Assembly: GCA_041664905.1 (NCBI GenBank)
Contig: JBAYJX010000001.1
Span: forward strand, 3,063 to 67,062
Direction: 5' to 3'
DNA length: 64,000 nucleotides
DNA from: an archaeon
GTDB taxonomy: Archaea; Iainarchaeota; Iainarchaeia; Iainarchaeales; JAAZKV01
A model generated the notes under the pieces. The model was not told the origin of the DNA. It did not search any database and worked only from the letters and a program-made list of their open reading frames with translations. This document shows positions 30,335 through 40,192 of this stretch, in pieces. How positions within the stretch are numbered: position 1 is the first letter of the stretch; the number at the start of each line of letters is the position of its first letter. A program made the translations under genes and the position numbers.

Positions 30335-30784
30335 TTACTTTAACTCGCCAAGCCCATAATTTTGAAGCGAATCAACTTTACTCTCAGAACGCTCAAATTT
30401 GGGCGAAAAGACCAAAGGAATGAGCCTTGGAAGCTCTTTTAAAGCTATTTTATTAACCAAAAGTTTTTCATCAAACGCAGTTATCAAGTCAACTTGGCTG
30501 CGAACAAGAGAAACACACTGATAAAACCCATTTCCCTTGGTTTGATTCATAAAAAAAGGCAGTGCTTCATTTCCTTTAAGAGTTTTCTCAACCGCCAAAC
30601 ACTCAACAATACAACCAATCATTTCGCCATCCCTAAAAAACAAAGCACCTTCTTCAATAAAATCTCCTCTCACTGATTGAATAATATAACCATTAAAACT
30701 CTTTGAAACTAATTGCCCAGCAACATCAGTAATGTTGTAAGTAACATTTCCTTTTGAAATTACTGGCCCCACAGGAAAATTCAT
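30335..30784 (-). CDS. DUF2226-like protein
   Basis: FNGYI..EEGALFFRDGE..GNEAL..QVDL; minD neighbour. Confidence 0.6.
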   Translation of the reverse strand: MNFPVGPVISKGNVTYNITDVAGQLVSKSFNGYIIQSVRGDFIEEGALFFRDGEMIGCIVECLAVEKTLKGNEALPFFMNQTKGNGFYQCVSLVRSQVDLITAFDEKLLVNKIALKELPRLIPLVFSPKFERSESKVDSLQNYGLGELK

Positions 30785-30799
30785 TCACATCACACCAAA

Positions 30800-31297
30800 T
30801 TAATTACTTACTTCCTTTACTTCAGAAACTTTTTTTCCTTTCAAAAAAACAACTTTATCAGCAGTATTCTTTAAAGCCGCAGCACTCATTTCCTCAGCTA
30901 ATAAAACAATTGTTTCTTTACCATGTTCCTTTGCTTTAATTAATGCAGGCAAAAAATCCGAGTCCCTTGTAGCAAAAATAACTACATCAATAGAACGATT
31001 AAAAGCAACTTCAGTAGCATCACAAGCCATAACCACATCAACATCGGTGGTAGAAATAATTGGAACTAATCCTTGATTAGTAGTTGCCTCAACAAGCTTA
31101 TCAGAAGCAAACTGATTAAGATACACTCGCCCAATCTTAATTGAACCAAATTTTTGAGCTTCTCTTTTAATCAAATCAAGATCAATCCCAAACTCTTTTC
31201 TTAAAAGATTAGGACCATCAACAAACAAAGCCAAGTGCTTAATTTGTCTGTGGAAAAAAAACTTTTTAAAACGATTAAACACTAAAAACACCAACAA
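30800..31297 (-). CDS. NYN-domain (PIN-like) protein, TIGR00288 family
   Basis: FVDGPNLLRKEF, DVDV, TRDSDF, GKETIV. Confidence 0.9.
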   Translation of the reverse strand: MLVFLVFNRFKKFFFHRQIKHLALFVDGPNLLRKEFGIDLDLIKREAQKFGSIKIGRVYLNQFASDKLVEATTNQGLVPIISTTDVDVVMACDATEVAFNRSIDVVIFATRDSDFLPALIKAKEHGKETIVLLAEEMSAAALKNTADKVVFLKGKKVSEVKEVSN

Positions 31298-31442
31298 TAC
31301 TTAAGGAAAAACCAAATAAAAGACTTTCCTCGAACCAAAAAAGTTAAGCTTATATTAAAGGGCAAAATCATATAAACTTTTTGCCCTTTAATAGCTATCA
31401 AAAGACAAGGTCTTTTGATATTAAAATAACAAGTTTTGGGAA

Positions 31443-31895
31443 ATGCTTATGGCTGAAGAAAAGAAAAGAGTAGGAAGCGGATTTGGGGTAATGGTACTAA
31501 AAGAAGGAAAAGTACTCCTTGGAAAAAGACACGAAGACGCTACAAAAGCTGATTCAGAACTCCACGGAGAAGGAACATGGACTATGCCAGGCGGAAAATT
31601 TGAGTGGGGAGAAAGCTTTTCAGTTGGAGCCGCACGCGAACTAAAAGAAGAAACAGGAATGATTCTTACAAAATCAAAAGTACTATGCGTGAACAATGAT
31701 AAAAACGAACACGCACACTTTGTAACAGTAGGATTCTTTGCAGAAGAATTCACTGGCGAGGCGCGAGTTATGGAACCAGATGAAATAACAGAATGGAAAT
31801 GGTTTTCACTTAATGAATTACCTTCAAAAGTATTTCCCCCAAGCACAAAAGTAATCAAATGCTACTTAGAAAAAAAGTTCACACTAGAAGAATGA
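31443..31895 (+). CDS. NUDIX hydrolase (NUDT15-like)
   Basis: PGGK..GE..ARELKEETG, MEPDE..EWKWF. Confidence 0.92.
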   Translation: MLMAEEKKRVGSGFGVMVLKEGKVLLGKRHEDATKADSELHGEGTWTMPGGKFEWGESFSVGAARELKEETGMILTKSKVLCVNNDKNEHAHFVTVGFFAEEFTGEARVMEPDEITEWKWFSLNELPSKVFPPSTKVIKCYLEKKFTLEE

Positions 31896-32002
31896 CACCA
31901 CAACTCGTTTTTTTAGGGAAAACGTGTGTTTTTTAAACCCAATTAATTTAATCTCTTTAAAGAAGCTTCTAAAAAAAGCTAAAAAGAAACGGGTGCATAG
32001 AA

Positions 32003-32404
32003 ATGGTTGACGAAAAGAAATTTGAACAGGCAGGGTCACTAAAACCAGGCCACTTAGTACTAATTGATGGAGAAGTTTGTCAAGTAAAATCAACTGAAAA
32101 ATCAAAGCCAGGAAAACACGGAGCAGCAAAAGTACGTGTAACTGCTTTTAATATTTTTACAGGCCAAAAAAGAGGACTATTGAAAGGAACAGATAACGAA
32201 GTAGAAATACCAATTGTTCCAAAAGCAGATGGTCAAGTAGTTGCAACAATCGGAGAAGTAATCCAAATAATGGACACAACTACATACGAAACATTTGATG
32301 CACCAAAACCAGATGCTGAATCAGGAATACCAACTTTAAAATCTGGAGACGCAATTGAATACCAAAAATATGGTAACGCAGTAAAAATCGCAAGAAAAAG
32401 GTAA
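32003..32404 (+). CDS. eif5a: translation factor aIF5A
   Basis: KSKPGKHGAAK hypusination loop. Confidence 0.95.
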   Translation: MVDEKKFEQAGSLKPGHLVLIDGEVCQVKSTEKSKPGKHGAAKVRVTAFNIFTGQKRGLLKGTDNEVEIPIVPKADGQVVATIGEVIQIMDTTTYETFDAPKPDAESGIPTLKSGDAIEYQKYGNAVKIARKR

Positions 32405-32418
32405 AATTTAAACTTTGG

Positions 32419-32446
32419 AAAGATAAGCCGCAAAGCTTATCTTTTT
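32419..32446 (+). terminator. hairpin plus T-run after aIF5A
   Basis: AAAGATAAGC-CGCAAA-GCTTATCTTT then TT. Confidence 0.5.
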
Positions 32447-32474
32447 CAAACAACTGTTTCTACAAGGGATACTT

Positions 32475-32882
32475 TTGGATATACGAGACGCACAAAAAAG
32501 TGACTTGGGTAAAGTATCAGAACTAATTAAAGACGGAGCAAAAGAAGGATTACTCTTAAAACGAACAAAAAAAGAACTTATGAGTTTGATAAAAGCAGAA
32601 AATGTAGTTGTTGCAGAAGAAAATAATGAACTTGTCGGAATAATAATACTTGATTTTTATTCAAAACGACTCTCTGAAATGCGTTCACTTTATGTCAAAC
32701 CAGAACAACGAAGAAACGGAATAGGGTCACAATTAATCAAAGCGGTATTTGCAAAAGCAAAACAAAAAAAAGTAAAAGAACTTTTGACAATAACCGTGAA
32801 AGAAAACACGCCTTGGTTTAAAAAACAAGGATTTAATGAAGAAACCCACCACCTTAAAGTTGCACTCTTTAAGAAGCTCTAA
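32475..32882 (+). CDS. GNAT acetyltransferase (short ArgA-like)
   Basis: LLKRT, EMRSLYV, RRNGIGSQL, FKKQGF. Confidence 0.85.
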   Translation: MDIRDAQKSDLGKVSELIKDGAKEGLLLKRTKKELMSLIKAENVVVAEENNELVGIIILDFYSKRLSEMRSLYVKPEQRRNGIGSQLIKAVFAKAKQKKVKELLTITVKENTPWFKKQGFNEETHHLKVALFKKL

Positions 32883-32938
32883 AAAAGAAAAAAGCACTAA
32901 ACAAAACAATAATTAAGCTTACTTCTAAGTATTACTTT

Positions 32939-33619
32939 ATGCAATCAACAAAAAACAAAACTAAAGCGTTACTCTTAATCTCAGGAGGAATTGATAGTCC
33001 TGTAGCTGGAAAACTTGCTCAAGAAAAAGGACTTGATTTAGTTGCCATACACTTTTCTCAAGAACCATTTACTGATAACTCTGCTGAAATTAAATCACTT
33101 TTACTTTGTAAACAACTTGGACTCGCGGAAATGATTGTGGTTAAAGCAGGGACAGCACTAAAAGAAATCTCTGATAAAACATACCACGAACTCTATTTTA
33201 TTTTAATGAAACGATTCATGATGCGAGTTTCAGAAAAAATAGCTAAACAAAATAATTGTGAATTCTTAATTACAGGGGAAAGTATCGGACAAGTATCTTC
33301 ACAAACCCTAAGCAACCTCAATACAATAAACCAAGCAACAAAAATAGAAATACTTAGACCAGTTTTGTTTATGAACAAACAAGAAATAATTGACAAAAGC
33401 ATTGAATATGGTTTTTTTGATACTTCCAAGGGGCCCGAAATGTGCGATGCACTTGCAAACGGCTCACCAAAAACAAAAAGCACTGTTAAAGATGTTGAAA
33501 CACAAGAAGAAAGATGCGAAATGAATAAACTTGTAGCAGATGCTGCGTTAAATATTAGGGTTGAGAGTACACAAAAAGAAATAAAACTCCCCGAGCAAAT
33601 CAAAGGAGTTTGCAAATAA
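32939..33619 (+). CDS. thiI: ThiI catalytic (PP-loop) domain only, no NFLD/THUMP
   Basis: LLISGGIDSPVA at residue ~11, KRFMMR, TGESIGQVSSQTL, LRP..KQEI. Confidence 0.85.
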   Translation: MQSTKNKTKALLLISGGIDSPVAGKLAQEKGLDLVAIHFSQEPFTDNSAEIKSLLLCKQLGLAEMIVVKAGTALKEISDKTYHELYFILMKRFMMRVSEKIAKQNNCEFLITGESIGQVSSQTLSNLNTINQATKIEILRPVLFMNKQEIIDKSIEYGFFDTSKGPEMCDALANGSPKTKSTVKDVETQEERCEMNKLVADAALNIRVESTQKEIKLPEQIKGVCK

Positions 33620-33644
33620 AAAATTAAAAAGCCAAATAGGGTAA

Positions 33645-33938
33645 GTGAATTTTATGGAACTAGCTGAATACACTGGAAAACCTTGTCGAAGCAAAATGGC
33701 TTACGAATTCTTGCCAAACAAAAAAGTTAACATTAATTTAGAAAAAGCTGCTACCGAACTCGCAAAAGTTTCAACAATAGAAGTAACAACAAAGATTTTG
33801 TTAATGGCAAAAATTGACTGTGTAACAATTTCTCTTTTCTCATCAGGAAAAATACTTGTACGAGGAGAGAGAGAAGAAGAAAAAGCAAAGAAGGTAGCCG
33901 AAACTATTTTGAAAGCACTAAAAGAAAGTGTTAAATAA
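33645..33938 (+). CDS. small protein resembling a single TBP-fold repeat
   Basis: INLEKAA..ISLFSSGKILVRG..EEKAKKVAETI. Confidence 0.55.
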   Translation: MNFMELAEYTGKPCRSKMAYEFLPNKKVNINLEKAATELAKVSTIEVTTKILLMAKIDCVTISLFSSGKILVRGEREEEKAKKVAETILKALKESVK

Positions 33939-33961
33939 CTAAACGGGTTTAGTGAATACTT

Positions 33962-34396
33962 ATGACTTACGCGGAGGATTGTATTTTTTGTAAATTTGCT
34001 AAACATAAAATTGATACAGCAATTATTTTTGAAAATAAAGATGTTGTGGCATTCCTTGACAATAGTCCTGCGGGAAACCTTGTGGGACACACATTAGTTT
34101 TACCAAAAAAACATTATGAAACAATTGACAAAATCCCTGACAAAGAACTTGGAGAAGTAATTAAAGTAATAAAAATTTTACTTCCCGCAATAACAAAAAT
34201 TTCAGGAGCTGACGGAATTAATGTAATACAAAACAATGGAAAAGCCGCAGGACAAGCAATACCACACGCACACTTTCACATAATTCCAAGAAAACATGGA
34301 GACGGAATTTATTTTGATGAAAAAAGAAGAAAAAGCGTCCCAATGGAACTAGTGGAAACTGCAAAAGCGATTAAAGAAGAACTTACTAAACAATAA
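33962..34396 (+). CDS. HIT family hydrolase
   Basis: DCIFC, GHTLVLPKKH, AGQAIPHAHFHIIPR. Confidence 0.95.
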   Translation: MTYAEDCIFCKFAKHKIDTAIIFENKDVVAFLDNSPAGNLVGHTLVLPKKHYETIDKIPDKELGEVIKVIKILLPAITKISGADGINVIQNNGKAAGQAIPHAHFHIIPRKHGDGIYFDEKRRKSVPMELVETAKAIKEELTKQ

Positions 34397-34668
34397 CTAA
34401 TTATTTAGAACCGCTCAAATTAGCCCAGAAACATAAAACACCAACCCTAGTTTGGATTTTGTTTCAAACAAAGGTGAAGAGAGTTCACTTTTCAAACCCC
34501 TAACGTATTAATCCAACCTGTGCATAGTATATACAAAAGAAAAAAACGAATGCCAAGAAAATCTTGACTTCACCCAACACTTTTTTCTTTTAAATTACGC
34601 CGGCAAGAAGCTTGAACAAAGTTTTTAAGTCGGTTAAACTTTACTTACTTAAAAAAACTGGTGTTGGA

Positions 34669-36786
34669 ATGGATTTAAACCTAGAAGAAATCGAGAAAAC
34701 CGAAGGCTCTCCTTTTGTTGAAAGATTTGAAGAATTCTTTAACCAAGAATACAAAAAACCAATTGAAAGAATAATTGAATCTTATCCAGAAAAAAGATCA
34801 ATAATGGTGGATTTTAAGGCACTTGAAAAATTTGATCCAATCCTTGCTGATGAATTACTTGATGGACCAGATACAGTTCTTGAGGCAGCACAAAGCGCTA
34901 TTCAAAACATCCACATACCAACACTTACTGCCGAACCATTCAAACCCTATGTTAGATTTTATAATTTACCAAAAGACAGAGAAATTGGAGTAAGAGATTT
35001 AAGTGCAAAATATTTAGGAAAAATGATTAGTGTAGAAGGACTAATTAGATTAATCACTGATTCTTTGCCACGACTAACAATGGCTGTTTGGAAATGCAAA
35101 AGATGCGGAAACGTTTACAAAATTCCACAAGAAAAACAACAATTGCACTCTCCCGCAATGTGCGAATGCCACAGCAAAGACTTCTCTCTTGAAGAAGACA
35201 AAAGCTCGTTTATGGATTACCAAAAAATCCAAGTACAAGAAACACTTGAAAAATTAAAAGGAAACGAACAAGCAACTTACCTTGATGTTTACGTAAGCGA
35301 TGATTTAGTAAACCGAGTATCGGCAGGAGACAAAACAAGATTTGTTGGAGTACTACGACTTGTCCCACCACAAAAAGATAGGAAAACTGTTTACGGCCGA
35401 TACCTTGATGTTAATTCTTTAGAAGAAACAGCAAAAGAATTCTCCGATGTTGATATAAGTAAAGAAGAAGAATATGAAATAAAAAAACTTGCAAAAAATC
35501 CAGAAATTTATAATATTTTAGCACAAAGTATTGCTCCTGCAATTTATGGACATGATATTGTAAAACAAAGTATCTCACTCCAACTATTTGGAGGAGTAAC
35601 AAAACACTTACCTAACGACCAAAAAATCAGAGGAAATATTCACGTTTTGTTAATCGGTGATCCTGGGTGTGGAAAATCACAGCTCTTGCAAGCAACAAAC
35701 AAAATTGCTCCAAAGAGTATTTATGTTTCAGGAAAAACTACTACGGGAGCAGGACTAACTGCAACTGCTGTTAAAGATGAATTTGGGGAAGGTGGATGGA
35801 CCCTAAAAGCTGGTGCTTTGGTTTTAAGTTCTGGTGGAATTTGTATGGCAGATGAACTTGATAAAATGGAACCCGAAGATAGAAGTGCACTCCACGAAGC
35901 AATGGAACAAGGAATGATTTCAGTTGCAAAAGCAGGAATAGTTTCCAGATTCAAAGCAGATACCTCACTACTTGCAGCAGCAAATCCAAAGTACTCAAGA
36001 TTTGATAAATTTACTCCGTTCTTGGAACAAATTGATTTGCCCCCATCACTAATATCAAGATTTGATTTATTTTTCATGATAAGAGATATACTTGATAGAA
36101 CACAAGATATTAATATTTCAAGACACATACTTCAAACCCATCAAAGTGGAGAAAAATTAATGCAAGCCGGACGAAAAGGAGTTGCATTAAAAAAAGAAGA
36201 AAAAGAAGATATTGACAAAAAAACAAAACCATTAATTGATAAAGAACTATTTAGCAAATACGTTTCTTATGCTAGACAAAACTGTTACCCAATACTAACT
36301 GACGAATCAATGCAAACCATATCTGACTTTTATGTGGGTTTACGTGACCAAGGAAGACAACAAGGAGCATACGCCGCAACAGCAAGACAACTCGAAGGAT
36401 TAGTAAGATTAGCAGAAGCAAGCGCAAGAGTAAGACTAAGTGATGTAGTTGAAAGAGAAGATGCAGACAGAGCAATTAACTTAGTGAAGAAGTCTCTGGA
36501 AGAAACAGTAACGGACCCAGATACAGGAAGAATAGATATTGATATTGTTACAAGCGGAGTAACACAAGCAAAACAAAATGCGTTATCTACTATGCTTAGA
36601 TTAATCAAAGAACAAATGGCAACAGGAATAGATATGGTTCCAATAGAAGAAATAGTTGCTAAAGGAATAGAAAAAGGACTAGATGAACAAAAAATAAATT
36701 CTGCCCTAGATGAACTAGAGAAAAAAGGAGAAATCTATAAACCCCGACACCACTTTGTAAAACCAACTACTCACAAAGACCTCTAG
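34669..36786 (+). CDS. mcm: replicative helicase MCM (no intein)
   Basis: GDPGCGKS, ADELDKM, ALHEAMEQ, AAANP, SRFDL, RQLEGLVRL; start refined to MDLNL. Confidence 0.97.
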   Translation: MDLNLEEIEKTEGSPFVERFEEFFNQEYKKPIERIIESYPEKRSIMVDFKALEKFDPILADELLDGPDTVLEAAQSAIQNIHIPTLTAEPFKPYVRFYNLPKDREIGVRDLSAKYLGKMISVEGLIRLITDSLPRLTMAVWKCKRCGNVYKIPQEKQQLHSPAMCECHSKDFSLEEDKSSFMDYQKIQVQETLEKLKGNEQATYLDVYVSDDLVNRVSAGDKTRFVGVLRLVPPQKDRKTVYGRYLDVNSLEETAKEFSDVDISKEEEYEIKKLAKNPEIYNILAQSIAPAIYGHDIVKQSISLQLFGGVTKHLPNDQKIRGNIHVLLIGDPGCGKSQLLQATNKIAPKSIYVSGKTTTGAGLTATAVKDEFGEGGWTLKAGALVLSSGGICMADELDKMEPEDRSALHEAMEQGMISVAKAGIVSRFKADTSLLAAANPKYSRFDKFTPFLEQIDLPPSLISRFDLFFMIRDILDRTQDINISRHILQTHQSGEKLMQAGRKGVALKKEEKEDIDKKTKPLIDKELFSKYVSYARQNCYPILTDESMQTISDFYVGLRDQGRQQGAYAATARQLEGLVRLAEASARVRLSDVVEREDADRAINLVKKSLEETVTDPDTGRIDIDIVTSGVTQAKQNALSTMLRLIKEQMATGIDMVPIEEIVAKGIEKGLDEQKINSALDELEKKGEIYKPRHHFVKPTTHKDL

Positions 36787-36872
36787 ACCACTTAAACTAA
36801 ATAAGAACTTTCCCCACTTCCCCTAACCAATCTCTTTAAAACAAAAAAAGCACTAATTAACTTAGTGATTTA

Positions 36873-37727
36873 ATGCCAAAAAGAGTTTTAAAAAAAGCAA
36901 AAGAAAAAGCTGAGTGGCTAAGTACAGAAGTACTTGTAAAACTAGCCCTAATGTTCTTTGCGGTGCAAACACTCGGGCTTTACGTTGCACAACAATTATT
37001 TTTAATGGGACTAGCACAACCACAATACGGACTAGAAATAAACAATGTTGGAAATGCATTCTACTTATTTGGAAGCATATTAGTAATGACAGCAGTAATT
37101 CTGATTTTATTAAAATTTAGAAGAACAAAAAAAGCGCTTTGGTTCTTAGAAGCAATGGCAATATTTTCTACATGTATAATAGTATTGAGTGTTTTTTTCC
37201 CAACAAATGATTACATTGTACTTGGAGTAACCGCACTAATACTTTTGTGGAGATACACTCACTTGCAAAGCATACTATTTCGTGATTTTGTAAGTTTAAT
37301 TGCAGTAAGCGGAGCAGGAGCTTATATAGGAATATCTTTCGGGCTTGTACCAATATTAGCATTCATAATAATTTTAGCAATCTATGATATTATTGCTGTA
37401 TTTTACACAAAACATATGGTTACAATTGGCAAAGAAGCCACAAGCAACAATTACGCATTCACCGTAGCAATACCAACAAAAGAACACAAATTTGAACTCG
37501 GAAACGGAGATTTAGTAATCCCACTCGCAGTAGCATCAAGCGTATTAGTAAATGGAAGTTTTGTAAACAATGGATTAATCGCAGGACTTTGTTTAGGAGT
37601 AAGTTTTATTGGACTAGCAACAAGCATTTACATGGTTTCAAAGAAAAAAATCCCGATGCCAGCCCTCCCTCCACAAACACTACTAATGATAATAGTAATT
37701 GTAGGAGCACTACTTTTAGGGTTGTGA
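36873..37727 (+). CDS. presenilin/SPP family (A22) intramembrane aspartyl protease
   Basis: IYDII, LGNGDL (GxGD), PALP; multiple TMs. Confidence 0.9.
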   Translation: MPKRVLKKAKEKAEWLSTEVLVKLALMFFAVQTLGLYVAQQLFLMGLAQPQYGLEINNVGNAFYLFGSILVMTAVILILLKFRRTKKALWFLEAMAIFSTCIIVLSVFFPTNDYIVLGVTALILLWRYTHLQSILFRDFVSLIAVSGAGAYIGISFGLVPILAFIIILAIYDIIAVFYTKHMVTIGKEATSNNYAFTVAIPTKEHKFELGNGDLVIPLAVASSVLVNGSFVNNGLIAGLCLGVSFIGLATSIYMVSKKKIPMPALPPQTLLMIIVIVGALLLGL

Positions 37728-37731
37728 GAAC

Positions 37732-38550
37732 ATAATAAAAGAAACAAGATTTCGAGATGCAAAGTTTGTTCGAAAAAATGTAACTGACGCATTCGGCAGA
37801 GTAAATCAAGGAAGAAGAGCTGCTTTAGCAAAAGCACTTAAAGAAGAAAGAAAAAAGAATTTTAAAGAGCCTACATTAGGATACAGAAAAAACCGAACTA
37901 TTAGCAGTATAAGAGACAAATTAGGAGTAAATTTAAAATTAATTTTAAAAAAAAGACTTGTTAGAGGACGAAGAACAAGAATACTTGATTCGGGAGCAGG
38001 ACACATTAATTTAGTCAAAAGTCTCAGACGTACATTTGGCCGTAGAGTGCACATTACAGCACTAAATGTAATACACCCCATAACAAAAGCGACTGATTTA
38101 GAACAACAAAGAAAATTTATTGAAGCAGAAAAAAGCAGAATGCGTCAAGGAGAAATTAACCCGTTTGACCCAAACTTTGATAAGGTAATAAATTCTCAAA
38201 GAATTAGAAAAATAAGAAAAGCAACTACAACAAGAGCAAAATATGCCGATAGAATTAGAATATCAAGCGCCGAAAGATTCAAAACAAAAAAACGGTTTGA
38301 TGTAATACTTGATGTTTTTGGTCCACTATTTCACTCAGCTTTTCCCGAAGAAGTAATGCAAAGTTATATCGAAGCCCTGGAAGAAAATGGCGAGATAATA
38401 ACCCCTATGAAAATTATGTTTGGCCCAGATAAAATAGATAAAACTTATACGGATTCAAAAACAGGACAAATATACAAAATAGAAATAACTCCTTTGATTG
38501 GGGGAGAAGCTGTTTTTTGGTCAATAAAAAAAGTCCCTGTTAAAGAGTAG
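37732..38550 (+). CDS. basic class I methyltransferase-like orphan; probable ATA start upstream of the tracked 38047 ORF
   Basis: frame open from 37720; RILDSGAG motif I lies upstream of the GTG at 38047. Confidence 0.55.
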   Translation: MIKETRFRDAKFVRKNVTDAFGRVNQGRRAALAKALKEERKKNFKEPTLGYRKNRTISSIRDKLGVNLKLILKKRLVRGRRTRILDSGAGHINLVKSLRRTFGRRVHITALNVIHPITKATDLEQQRKFIEAEKSRMRQGEINPFDPNFDKVINSQRIRKIRKATTTRAKYADRIRISSAERFKTKKRFDVILDVFGPLFHSAFPEEVMQSYIEALEENGEIITPMKIMFGPDKIDKTYTDSKTGQIYKIEITPLIGGEAVFWSIKKVPVKE

Positions 38551-38615
38551 CTCTTGCACTAGCGAATTGCCACGCTTTAAATAGGTTTTGTTAAAGAAAA
38601 TACTTGTGAGACAAA

Positions 38616-39023
38616 ATGACTGGTTACGAAGATTTATTGTCAAAAGCGTACAATAGTATCCCACAAAAAGCGTTACAGCATGAAAGATTTGAGATCCCAA
38701 GAGCAGAGTCATTTATTCAAGGAACAAAAACCTACTTGAAAGGATTTAGCATTTTACTAAAAGACATGAGAAGGGATAAGAAGCACTTCTTAAAATGGCT
38801 TTCAAAAGAAACTGCTTTACCAATAACTGAATCCAATAACCAATTAATAATTAATGGTAAGATCGGAGCAATACAATTAAACAAATTAATTGAAAGCTAC
38901 TTTAACCAATACGTTTTATGCCCAGAATGCAAAAAGCCTGATACAAACATTGTTTCCCAAAACGGAACACATGTACTAAAATGCGAAGCGTGCGGAGCAA
39001 TAAAACCAGTAAGCGGATTCTAA
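38616..39023 (+). CDS. eif2b: translation initiation factor aIF2 beta
   Basis: YEDLL..ERFEIP, YVLCPECKKPDT, CEACGA. Confidence 0.95.
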   Translation: MTGYEDLLSKAYNSIPQKALQHERFEIPRAESFIQGTKTYLKGFSILLKDMRRDKKHFLKWLSKETALPITESNNQLIINGKIGAIQLNKLIESYFNQYVLCPECKKPDTNIVSQNGTHVLKCEACGAIKPVSGF

Positions 39024-39084
39024 AGAACAAAAAAACTAATCTAAAAATTATTTTTAATTAAATTTTTTAGGAAAGCTGAGTTTT

Positions 39085-39369
39085 ATGATAGCAAAAAAAC
39101 ACGAAATTGAATACAAAACAATTTTAGCTGTGTGCGATGCTATACACTTAGGTAAAACTTATGAAGATGGAGAAATCCAAATTAAAATCTCCCAACAATT
39201 CTATGGAGGAGAAAAAATAACTCCTGAAGAATTCAAACAAATGGTAAAAGAAGCTGATTCAATAAACCTCTTTGGAGACAAATGCGTTGACATTGCACTA
39301 AAAGAAGGATATGTAAGCGAAAAAAGTGTTAGAAAAATCTGCGGAATAAAACACGCCCTAATCTGCTAA
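39085..39369 (+). CDS. DUF424 family protein
   Basis: ILAVCD..LGK, FYGG, INLFG.KCV; usual aIF2beta neighbour. Confidence 0.85.
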   Translation: MIAKKHEIEYKTILAVCDAIHLGKTYEDGEIQIKISQQFYGGEKITPEEFKQMVKEADSINLFGDKCVDIALKEGYVSEKSVRKICGIKHALIC

Positions 39370-39406
39370 CTTCTCCAACTAAACACAAGTTTTAATATTT
39401 GAAACG

Positions 39407-40108
39407 ATGCTAATTAATCAAGAAGGCAATTTAATGACTATAAACCCAAGTGCCCCACGAAGAAACCTAAAAGAAGTTGCTAGACTCTTACAAGAACACG
39501 ACCAAAAAGTAGGACTCTCCGCAAGAGCACACGAACTTGCAAGGCAAAGAGGACTTTTTACTGATTCAATGACAGCAAGTGCCGGAAGAACACTTTCTTA
39601 TTATTCTGGAGCAATTGAACAAATGTCAAACCGCTTAGGAAAATTTAGTGGAAAACACTTTTTACACATTGCTTCATCAACTGGAGTACTTGGAAAATTT
39701 TTGGAGAATATGCGAGCTACAGCAGTAAATTTAGATTCTGACAAAGTATACTCACAAATCGCAAAAAAATTAGGAAACCAAAACTCAGTTAGGGCAGATG
39801 CCACAAGGCCACTGCCATTTGCTTCAAACTCTTTTAATTGCCTAATAACAGACCACTTTGTATTTGCAAAATACAAACTAATTGATATGCACCCAGAACA
39901 CGAGGGAAGTCAAGCTGTTCTAAAAGAAGCTGCAAGGGTTTTACGCCCTGACGGAATCTTTGTAATAAATGCAGTTGATTACAAACTTCCCTTAGAAGAT
40001 TTAATTCAAATAAGCTCAAAGTACTTTAAAAAAGTCGAACCCTACGCTTACGTCCAAGACAAAATATTTATTCCTGGACTTGTTCTTTCTTTACCTAAAA
40101 AAGAATAA
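39407..40108 (+). CDS. class I SAM methyltransferase-like orphan
   Basis: FLHIASSTG motif I variant, ADATRPLPFASNSFN, EAARVLRPDG. Confidence 0.8.
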   Translation: MLINQEGNLMTINPSAPRRNLKEVARLLQEHDQKVGLSARAHELARQRGLFTDSMTASAGRTLSYYSGAIEQMSNRLGKFSGKHFLHIASSTGVLGKFLENMRATAVNLDSDKVYSQIAKKLGNQNSVRADATRPLPFASNSFNCLITDHFVFAKYKLIDMHPEHEGSQAVLKEAARVLRPDGIFVINAVDYKLPLEDLIQISSKYFKKVEPYAYVQDKIFIPGLVLSLPKKE

Positions 40109-40192
40109 CCCCAAATCAGTCAAAAAATCCAAAAAAACCCGCCTAAAGGCAAGTTTTAATACCCTGACTTATATTAATTATTTAATATACGG

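Noticed and set aside
34397..34668. replication origin upstream of mcm
   Set aside because: No ORB-like repeats and no adjacent orc1/cdc6; only short palindromes.
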